Source: a virus (Duplodnaviria > Caudoviricetes). From it: a DNA stretch of 61,061 nt. A program made the position numbers and the translations under genes. The notes below the pieces were generated by a model. It ran no database searches. It was given only the letters and a program-made list of their open reading frames with translations, and had not been told where the DNA came from. The stretch covers positions 1-61,061 of the IMG/VR virus record IMGVR_UViG_3300008012_000030; one strand, 5' to 3'. Below are positions 53,901-61,061 of this stretch, piece after piece (positions within the stretch are counted from its first letter, which is position 1; every line of letters begins with the position of its first letter).

Positions 53901-56503
53901 GCGCCATAAGTACCGTAAGAATTATTTCCATTAGTAGCACGTATAATTCCACCATTTTCCGCCAAGTATCCTACTTGACAGTAGTACGTAAACACAGACA
54001 CAAGTTCTGCTCTTGCATTTCCTGTAATCCAAGCTCCTATTCCGTCACTTAACACTTGTGTAAAGTCATTTGAAACCATAGATCGATTTCCGCCATTATG
54101 TAGAGTTCCATCTACTTTTTTACCTACACATGCAGTACCTATATTTGTAACTCCTTGTAGATAAGGTGATCTATTTACAATCCAAGTTCTATTATCAGCT
54201 GGTCCCCAACCTGGATCAAGTGCAACACACGCACCACCTGTTGGTCTTTGGTATTGTGCAAAAACTCCTGGCGGGTTAAGAGTTCCCTGTAACCCATCAG
54301 TGGTACAATTTCTTAAACCGGTAGTATCTCTTACCCAAAACAAATCATCTAATTTTGATCCGTTTACACTATTTGCGTAATATCTGCCGGCAACAAGTGT
54401 TAGATAATTTCCAGAGTATTTTACATCACGTTTTATTCCTCTAAAAAATACACGTAAATCATTAGTTTCTTTAGTTTTATCTAATGTTATATCAGGATAT
54501 TGATTTTTTACATAATTATACGCTTCTTCTACAAGAAAATCCTCAGTCAAAGATAATATAGTTGATAAATTTATTCTATTGGTATCAGCATTTAAAGAAT
54601 TTGATCCAGATAAAGTTGGATCTGTATCTCCGCTTTGTATTCTAAATTCTACAAAATTTTTATAGTCTGCAAATATAGCTGCTAAAGCGTTAATAGCATC
54701 TGGAGTAGTAGGTGGAAGATTACCTGGTTGGTCTACAGTATTTCCAGATGATTTTACTATAGGTACACCGTTTGCAACATCACTTACAATACTTTCTATA
54801 TGATTTATAGCTGTTGTATGATAAATCCAAGTGTTTGCATATTCAGTTTTCCGACCAGTAGCAACTATCGTTGTTGATCTCAATTCGTCGCCCATTACAA
54901 CACATCCTGCAGGAATAGTTATTGGTCCTACTTCTTCAAATCTACCTGTCGCCACAGCAACTTTTGAAGGAGTTAATGGTGTTAAGGTATCTTCTATAAA
55001 ATTACATGCATATCTTACAGTTCTAAACGGTCTATTTGCAGATTTACCATAGCCAGGTTGATCGACACCGTGTTTTGCAACATATACTATGTCGGTATCA
55101 GCACCAACACTTCTCCAATATGCCTCAAGTTCGTCACTTACACTTAACACTTGTCGTTCTGTTCCTATAGGAACACGAGCAGATCCAAAACTAGATCCAT
55201 CTCCAATTTGTCCTATTCCTAAATCTCTCGACAATCCAAATGTAAGCATATCACCTGGATACAACATACCTGCAGGTTGTCCTGCTTGTATTAAAATATC
55301 CCAATACACGTATCCGCTGCCATTATCTCCTGGGAAATTATTAACAGCCGATTCATGTTCTTGGTTACAAACATAAGTAGAACCTAAATATGTAACTACA
55401 TCGCCTAAAGAATAAACGGTATCTGTTTGCCATACATTTAAAAATATTTTTCCTGGTACTACTTGTTCCCAAACCTCTTCATCTAAATAATCTAAAGTGC
55501 TTCCATCTCCGTCTGCAATACTTACATCTCTTACTGCTCTATATAGGTATCCTCCTCTTTGTACAATATCTCCAGTTTTAAAAGGTGTTGAATAAATTTT
55601 ATTCCATAATCCTCTAAAATTATAATTTTTTGATAATATTCTCCAATCAATTGTACTATCAACGGTGTCAGAAACTTCACTGCGAGAAGGTTGGCTGTCT
55701 ATATTATTATTGATTGCATAGTATAGATGTCCTCCATATCTTACAATATCTCCTTCGTTATAAACAGTAGTACTATCCCAGACATTATCAAATTGACTTC
55801 CTGGAATTTCTAATTCAAATTTTTCATCATCTATTTCTAAACTTCCTGAAGTATGTGTTTCTATACATTTAAAAATTCCTCCACCATATCTAACTAAATC
55901 GTTTAATTTGTAATTAGTGGTAACTTCCCACACACCTTTGTAGTCATATCCTTCATAATGTACTACCCAATTTCCTGTTTCGTTTTCAAAAACTCCACTT
56001 AGATGAGGTAATACACATTTATAAATTATGCCACCATATCTCACTGTTGATCCTAAGCCATAACTTGTACCTGGTGACCAATCTGTTTGATATCCTTGTC
56101 CTAAACCATACAAAACCCATTTATTTGAGCTAGTATTAATACTTTCATTAACACCTTGAGAATCTGTGTGAAAATCTGTTGAAGCATGTGCGACTTGACA
56201 AACATACAAAGATCCTTGATATTGAATAATATCACCTACATTGTAATCAGTAGCAGTTTCCCATTCGCCTGCAAAAAATTTACTGCTAGTCATTACTATC
56301 CAACGAGGTTGTGGAATAGGAGGACTAGATCCTGGAACAGTAGCTTCTTGATCTGTTCTAAATGATGCGCTTGCTGTATGTCCAACTACACAGACATAAC
56401 TTTTACCATTAATTCTTACAATATCGTCTCTAATATAATCAGTGCCTGCTGTCCAATCACCTTTCCAGTTGTACTTAAATCTGTCTAATGAAAATTCTGC
56501 CAT
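50918..56503 (-). CDS. Giant tail/baseplate protein (1861 aa): seven CBM5/12-like repeats, beta-helix, BNR-like propeller
   Basis: Collinear with 48948-50891 plus 42772-48948 (MAEF.L.R, GDELRST, LDPGWGP, SNDFTQ, ELVSVFTYY, TDQDGNFR, EFSTDP). Confidence 0.85.
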   Translation of the reverse strand: MAEFSLDRFKYNWKGDWTAGTDYIRDDIVRINGKSYVCVVGHTASASFRTDQEATVPGSSPPIPQPRWIVMTSSKFFAGEWETATDYNVGDIIQYQGSLYVCQVAHASTDFHTDSQGVNESINTSSNKWVLYGLGQGYQTDWSPGTSYGLGSTVRYGGIIYKCVLPHLSGVFENETGNWVVHYEGYDYKGVWEVTTNYKLNDLVRYGGGIFKCIETHTSGSLEIDDEKFELEIPGSQFDNVWDSTTVYNEGDIVRYGGHLYYAINNNIDSQPSRSEVSDTVDSTIDWRILSKNYNFRGLWNKIYSTPFKTGDIVQRGGYLYRAVRDVSIADGDGSTLDYLDEEVWEQVVPGKIFLNVWQTDTVYSLGDVVTYLGSTYVCNQEHESAVNNFPGDNGSGYVYWDILIQAGQPAGMLYPGDMLTFGLSRDLGIGQIGDGSSFGSARVPIGTERQVLSVSDELEAYWRSVGADTDIVYVAKHGVDQPGYGKSANRPFRTVRYACNFIEDTLTPLTPSKVAVATGRFEEVGPITIPAGCVVMGDELRSTTIVATGRKTEYANTWIYHTTAINHIESIVSDVANGVPIVKSSGNTVDQPGNLPPTTPDAINALAAIFADYKNFVEFRIQSGDTDPTLSGSNSLNADTNRINLSTILSLTEDFLVEEAYNYVKNQYPDITLDKTKETNDLRVFFRGIKRDVKYSGNYLTLVAGRYYANSVNGSKLDDLFWVRDTTGLRNCTTDGLQGTLNPPGVFAQYQRPTGGACVALDPGWGPADNRTWIVNRSPYLQGVTNIGTACVGKKVDGTLHNGGNRSMVSNDFTQVLSDGIGAWITGNARAELVSVFTYYCQVGYLAENGGIIRATNGNNSYGTYGAIAEGNDPDEVPQDVLVDNTQNEAQVSAAFAGGTTDQLFVFEYSHAGENYSQASAEIIGAGFDAEVEYTDFRHGALFESRLINTSGSGSEGGSNYLVRQNSAQVTIGAGSRLILNTNEETQFDTEILGMRLLIIQGTGVGQYGYVAAYNTVSKECTVRKESTNELGWDHVLPGFPIETDLDSTTTYRIEPRVYANHPGFSSSATNLPQARSFIDSQFGGLTAFYFNIELADGSAGVQDTVAVPATINVQRSGNNYIVTLVNPGAGYATGDQLVVPGTSLGGATPANDLTVTVTETTQDSSNTIVSISTSGVARDGRFVALASPNFVVYSDNGTSWTETNLSVNANYFKLLTGRNRFLALARGTANYSFSYDGVSWTTRSLPTSQNWVDGAYGLLKGGTHRFVVIAENTNVAAYSTDGLNWGSATLPTGDDSTGDQWLKVAFGQQRFVAISGSQTRDVAYSADGITWSRFNNVLPGEYNWINLEYGNNRFLALAEDGTIAYSLDRGQTWSLGTTAPSPDGSTAMIWNDIKYGQGVFVAVCQTQTAVDYGQPLGFESGPTTWVATTEDGIYWREYNLDNAGEYKTICFTDIGQEPRWVTFRDNQILNSVCTINTGALAKVRANVTAGSFTEIKIWDPGSGYSVSNPVELTVVDTQYVSEIEVDNRLGNGVLAQPDFINRGAGYRVTTSSITISGNGFADIIPEGSFVTLKGVNASIPGPGVQIRFATIDDEVSDDPDVYKLFTGVGATDLGDDGSGNGTRIVRFQISPSMKNEYNLATNTATTLRVGYAQCRISGHDFLDIGTGNFQQTNYPEIYAGGAYFVSAPENEVLEVDGGRVFYTSTDQDGNFRAGELFGVNQATGVVTISAEFFDLDGLSELSLGGVRLGGSGAVVNEFSTDPTFSADSNSIIPTQKAIATFLADRLSVGGSDLETNSITAGQVQVGTSENIILTTGGNYLTIPRVVVFDGKDDLNNPTAIQGTIVSQMLFARNFNESMQ

Positions 56504-56504
56504 T

Positions 56505-56951
56505 TTAGTATCCTTGTCCGTTCGGTGTATATGGTGTTGGGTCTTTTAGTACTGCATCTTCATTTCCGTCGCTATATGAAGGACTTGAAATTGCATCTGG
56601 ATAAACATATGCTTGTGATAACCGTTGAATGAATTGACCATCTGTAGGATCAATAAAATATGTTAACGATCTACTGTCCCATTTGAATTGCGGATATCTA
56701 ACATTGTTATATAGTTTGTCATGATTTTCGTCTATGCCGCTAAGAAAATCAATACCTTCTTCAAAGTCAAGATAGTTTTCTTCAGCAATACCAATGTCAT
56801 TTACTACAACAACATTCTCATCTCCGCCTGCTAATTGATCAGATTTCATTAAAAATAATTCACCGTCTTCGTTTCTACGTAGTCCATAAAAATAACGTTT
56901 GATAAAACTATCAATGACGTCGGTTGGACTTGTTCCTATATAATATGTCAT
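56505..56951 (-). CDS. Hypothetical structural protein
   Basis: 148-aa ORF tightly packed in the tail operon (TAATG coupling upstream, 1-nt gap downstream). Confidence 0.7.
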   Translation of the reverse strand: MTYYIGTSPTDVIDSFIKRYFYGLRRNEDGELFLMKSDQLAGGDENVVVVNDIGIAEENYLDFEEGIDFLSGIDENHDKLYNNVRYPQFKWDSRSLTYFIDPTDGQFIQRLSQAYVYPDAISSPSYSDGNEDAVLKDPTPYTPNGQGY

Positions 56952-57280
56952 TATGTTATCTCCACGTAGCTGACTATCACATCAACTGAATCGTCAACAC
57001 TTGATCTAACAAGTAATTGATTGCTAGGTGCTAGTACTAATTTTTCGCCTGTACTAACAGCACGTAAACTTGTTCCAGCTGGCAAAATACTGTCTTTTAA
57101 ATAGTAGCCTGTAACACTGGTATTATCTTTAATTAAAACATCGCAATATATAAATTGGTCTGTAAGATTTGTAAAACTCAATCCAAGAATAGTTACCCTT
57201 GTTGTTGGCAGTGTTTCATAAATCAACACAGGTACTGTGCCGCAATTTTTTATTACTGTATTTTTTAATATAGTTGCCAT
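56951..57280 (-). CDS. Small structural protein (paralogue of 42438-42761)
   Basis: IYET...T..TILGL..TN...DV.I...LPAGTSL....EKLVL...V.S....DV..SY.E. Confidence 0.7.
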   Translation of the reverse strand: MATILKNTVIKNCGTVPVLIYETLPTTRVTILGLSFTNLTDQFIYCDVLIKDNTSVTGYYLKDSILPAGTSLRAVSTGEKLVLAPSNQLLVRSSVDDSVDVIVSYVEIT

Positions 57281-57284
57281 TTAT

Positions 57285-60200
57285 CTATCCAAAAATTAAA
57301 ACCTTTTCTATTGCTATTTCTTCAGCTTGAGCAAAAGAAATACCACCACTAGCACCTGCTACTGATACCCAACTTGTTCCATCATATAATTCAACCCTTG
57401 AATCATCGGTGTTAAAACGGATCATTCCCTGAACACCTGTTGGTCTAGTTGCGTTTCCGCCTACAGGTAATACAACACCTTGTGTACCATCAAACTTGAC
57501 ATACCCGTCTCCGGTATTTTCAAAAACTGTAACAGCATCATTTACTGTATTTTTGATAGTACTATCTGTAAAACCCAAATTTTCAAATTTTACAAAACCA
57601 GTACCATTTGCTTTGAATTCAAGATCTGTATTAGTTGTAATACTACTTATCACATTACCGTCTATTTCAATGTCATCTACGGTTACACGATTTGTATTAA
57701 ATCTACTAGCATTCATATCTGCTACAACAGCACCGTCAATGTAATATCTTATTGTGTTGTCGTTAGCACCTGGTGTAAGTTCTGCTGTAATACGAGTATT
57801 GCCGTCTAAATCTTGCAAACCGTCTAGTTTAATCCAATTACTTCCATTATAGCCTTCAAATCTTGATTGTTCACTATTAAATCTTATTTGTCCTGCAACA
57901 GGACTTGGTCTGGCTGCGTCATTGCCGATAGGTAATGTAAGAGCGCCAGTTCCGTCTATTTCTACAACTCCACTACCTGGTGTTAATATCATATCTGCTG
58001 TGCTAGAAATGATGTTAGTATCTATGCTTATATCATCTATTACTACACTGCCTGTACCTGCAGCACGTAATTGCAGATCACTATTGCTATTAGTAGTTGT
58101 GATAAAGTTTTCTCTAATTACAATGTCACCTGTGCTAAATTCGCTAGATGTTATCGTACCTGAGCTTATTAAATCTACAAAATTTGTTGTACCTTGTACT
58201 GTTAAATCATTTGATATAACAACATCATTGTTTGGTATAACAACATTGCCTGTACCATTGGCTCTTAGTTCAAGATCTGCATTTGAACTAGTTGTTGTAA
58301 TAATATTGTCGTCTATAAGAATTTCTTCAAACTGTGCCGCTGCGCCTACTGTTAGATCCTGTGTTACATCAACGTTGCCTGATATATCTGCATTACCAGT
58401 TTGGGTGTGTAATCCTACAAGGGTTACTGTTCCTGTAATATTTGTGTTACCTAGCGTACTAGTTCCATCAACTGTTAGATTATTATCAATTTGCACATCA
58501 TTAGAAGGAAAGTAAACTTTACCAGTACCATTTGCACGTAGTTCTATATCAGCATTACTTACTGTGCTTTTTATATAATTTGTATTGATTTCTAAATCAT
58601 CAATAAACATTGTATCTGCAAATAAATTACTCCAAGTAGCATTTGATGCTCCTAAACTAAATGTACTAGTTACGTTTGGACGTAGATCAGATGTTATACC
58701 TGCAACAATTTGTAAGTTGTCATTTCCACTATCACCTAGTGTTATATTTCCTCCAATTGTTACATCTCCAGTTACATCTATGTTACCATCAACTGTAACA
58801 TTATTTTCAAGATTGATTTGATCTGTTGCAGATTCAAATATCAAATCTCCTGCTGTACTTTCAATGGTGTTTCCACTTATACGAATATTGCCAGTGTCAA
58901 TTCTTTCGCCGTTTATAAATGTAGTATTACTTCCATCAGTAAATGTTGCTCCTGTGGTTAGCGTTATGTTTAAAGAAGAAGTGTTAAATTCTACAGTACC
59001 AGTTTCTTGATTAACATAAAATAGTTCACCAACTCTAAAATCACCTTTATGATCAACTGAACTGTATCTTACCTTAGCTCCGTTAAGTTCTACTACTTCG
59101 TTTGGTTGATTAACACTTTCAGGATCGTTTGTAACTTCTTTTCCGTTGCCAATGTATGCTAAATTTTGTCCTATTGCATAAACAATAACACCTTCACCGT
59201 CGCCGTATAAACCATAGTTACCATAAACATTAGCACTACCGATCATACGCACTTCTGCACCAAAATCTCTTACATCAACATTTTCTATAGTAGTAGCACT
59301 ACCTCCTCCACTAAAACTAATAGTTTGAGGAGTGGTATCAAAATCTAAAAGATCGGTGTTTTTACCATCAATAATTAATATGTCGCCGCCGCTAACACTT
59401 TCAATGTTAAGAGGGCCAACCACAGTTGAAGCATCTGTTGATGTAAATGTAACAGTTTGTCCACCAGCAGGAGCAGAGCCTGCAAGTCCGCTTAATCTAA
59501 TTCTTGTTTTACCGTCACCCGCTAAACCGTCATTGCTATCAAAAGCATACAAACCTCTATTTGCAAAATATGTAAAACAGTTTAACCATTCAATTCTTGC
59601 ACCATTTGTTGCTACAAGTCCGTCAACTCCCGGTGTAATAAATGTTACACTATGGAACAGCATAGATGCTTCTCTGGAAGCAGCGGTTGCATATGCTCCG
59701 TCAACATAAGCACCTTTACCAGCATCACCTGATAAAAATCCTCTAGGGTCATCTGCTGTAATTGTGGTGCCTTTGGTTATTACTGTGACGTTTCTAATGT
59801 ATGGCGAACGAGTTGTTACTTCAAAGTCTGTAGCAAAACGGAAAGCCCAACCGTTGTCTGGAAATACTCTTGTGTCGCTGTTACAGCTAAATGTTAGGTC
59901 TGAAATGAATACACTGTGTCCAACATAACTGTCATGTGGCGCCCCTAGGTCAAGTGTTAATTCTCCTGTTGTATGATCATATACAGCATTAGTTACACCG
60001 ACTGGTGCTGTGCTGTCACTAAAATCTACAGTACCTCCGCTTACATATGTGTGAGCAAAAGGCGCAGTACCAACATTTACTTTTATAGTGTTAGCATCAA
60101 CAATATCTGTAATTGCAAAATAGTTACCGCCTGAATAAAAATCTTTTATGGTTAGGTCTTCAACAGTGCTTTCACCGTTGACTAAAAATGCATCATTGTA

Positions 60201-61061
60201 GCGTGTTTCAGTAGTAGGAGAAATATTTACACTTCTTATGCTGTGTCCTTTTACTGTAACACCAACTGGCACTGTCATTGGAAACGTTTCTGTATAGTTT
60301 CCAGGATAAATGTGAATAGTGTCACCCCCTGTTGCTACGCTTAGAGCTTTTTGTATAGAAGCAAATGGTGCTTGAGGATGATCGCCGTCACTTGTGTCGT
60401 CACCGTTTTCAGCAACGTAGTATATATTGCCTTGTTTTAGAGTTAGGTCAATACCATTTACAGTAAGTGCTGTAGTTGTTATAGAAGTTGCATTAAAATT
60501 GTTTACATAAACATCAGACCATTGTTTTCCAACTTCACCAAGTTGATAGATGTTGTCTACATCTGGAACAATATCACTTGCAACTTCTGCATTAAAAACA
60601 ATATTGTCAGTATCTGCATCACCTAGTGTAATATCTCCGTCAGAGGTAATACTACCAGTAGCGTGAATATTACCAGTAACATTCATATTAGATAGTATTT
60701 CTACACTACCTGTTCCGTTTGGTCTAAACTCTATGTTAGCATTACTAGAATTAGTACTGATAGTGTTACCTTCAATATCAATACTGTCAACACGTAATTT
60801 ATTTTGATATACTACATTGTCAAAAGTACCTAGGTTTAGATAATTTTTTTGTGTTGAAATTGTGCTACCTTCAATGGTAACATCTGCTAGATCTGATCTA
60901 GTTAATACTGTAAGATTGTTTGTTCTAGTAGTACCTGAAACATCTAACTCGTGTTGAGGAGAACTTGTTTTGATACCAACCTTCTGGTTGTTAACATCTA
61001 AGTACAATAAGTCCGTCTCAAAAGCCAGATCAATCCCGTTTCGAACGAGATTCGACTTTAA
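57285..61061 (-). CDS. Long tail fibre/structural protein, start outside the window
   Basis: Frame stays open from the track's TTG at 61007 to the edge (LKSNLVRNGIDLAFETDLLYLDV). Has YYVAENGDD...PFASIQKAL beta-helix start, about five I.I..N.I....SN...E.R.NGTG.V repeats and two C-terminal LP.G..A.RP...G.IRFN modules. Confidence 0.85.
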   Translation of the reverse strand, partial: LKSNLVRNGIDLAFETDLLYLDVNNQKVGIKTSSPQHELDVSGTTRTNNLTVLTRSDLADVTIEGSTISTQKNYLNLGTFDNVVYQNKLRVDSIDIEGNTISTNSSNANIEFRPNGTGSVEILSNMNVTGNIHATGSITSDGDITLGDADTDNIVFNAEVASDIVPDVDNIYQLGEVGKQWSDVYVNNFNATSITTTALTVNGIDLTLKQGNIYYVAENGDDTSDGDHPQAPFASIQKALSVATGGDTIHIYPGNYTETFPMTVPVGVTVKGHSIRSVNISPTTETRYNDAFLVNGESTVEDLTIKDFYSGGNYFAITDIVDANTIKVNVGTAPFAHTYVSGGTVDFSDSTAPVGVTNAVYDHTTGELTLDLGAPHDSYVGHSVFISDLTFSCNSDTRVFPDNGWAFRFATDFEVTTRSPYIRNVTVITKGTTITADDPRGFLSGDAGKGAYVDGAYATAASREASMLFHSVTFITPGVDGLVATNGARIEWLNCFTYFANRGLYAFDSNDGLAGDGKTRIRLSGLAGSAPAGGQTVTFTSTDASTVVGPLNIESVSGGDILIIDGKNTDLLDFDTTPQTISFSGGGSATTIENVDVRDFGAEVRMIGSANVYGNYGLYGDGEGVIVYAIGQNLAYIGNGKEVTNDPESVNQPNEVVELNGAKVRYSSVDHKGDFRVGELFYVNQETGTVEFNTSSLNITLTTGATFTDGSNTTFINGERIDTGNIRISGNTIESTAGDLIFESATDQINLENNVTVDGNIDVTGDVTIGGNITLGDSGNDNLQIVAGITSDLRPNVTSTFSLGASNATWSNLFADTMFIDDLEINTNYIKSTVSNADIELRANGTGKVYFPSNDVQIDNNLTVDGTSTLGNTNITGTVTLVGLHTQTGNADISGNVDVTQDLTVGAAAQFEEILIDDNIITTTSSNADLELRANGTGNVVIPNNDVVISNDLTVQGTTNFVDLISSGTITSSEFSTGDIVIRENFITTTNSNSDLQLRAAGTGSVVIDDISIDTNIISSTADMILTPGSGVVEIDGTGALTLPIGNDAARPSPVAGQIRFNSEQSRFEGYNGSNWIKLDGLQDLDGNTRITAELTPGANDNTIRYYIDGAVVADMNASRFNTNRVTVDDIEIDGNVISSITTNTDLEFKANGTGFVKFENLGFTDSTIKNTVNDAVTVFENTGDGYVKFDGTQGVVLPVGGNATRPTGVQGMIRFNTDDSRVELYDGTSWVSVAGASGGISFAQAEEIAIEKVLIFG

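Noticed and set aside
2274-59709. Many short opposite-strand or nested ORFs in the track (e.g. 2274-2549, 3751-4068, 7540-8661, 16444-16731, 38693-39181, 57922-58515, 59332-59709)
   Set aside because: They lie within well-supported genes, lack RBS or family motifs, and are the expected antisense shadows of Gly/Thr/Ala-rich codon usage.

Overview
Morphogenesis (late-gene) region of a large, AT-rich, T4-related myovirus, probably aquatic; the host cannot be determined from this window. Left part (1-14 kb): probable internal head protein (runs off the edge), putative small terminase, gp4 head-completion nuclease, tail tube and a tube-like paralogue, an 1148-aa tail sheath, dNMP kinase, neck proteins gp13/gp14, gp15 and a Nudix hydrolase. 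Middle: structural proteins with type-1-copper-like motifs, a subtilisin fused to a second domain, and a groES-groEL pair. Between a tail-fibre assembly chaperone and three glycine-rich adhesin-like paralogues lies a ~16-kb block of 18 genes: 5 flavin-dependent (tryptophan-halogenase-like) halogenases, 11 2OG-Fe(II) oxygenases and 2 related unknowns, with late-type promoter motifs. Right part (41.6-61 kb): an S74-chaperoned fibre and very large tail/baseplate proteins. The two strongest leads are both inferences from motif reading. (1) The halogenase/oxygenase block may be a post-translational tailoring system for virion adhesins. (2) The giant tail protein carries six repeats that align with the bilin-binding helix of phycobiliproteins (C-x-R-D-...-Y-x4-G), one of them split across two genes. 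No tRNA, rRNA, CRISPR array, integrase or transposase was recognised. All family assignments are by eye, with no database search.
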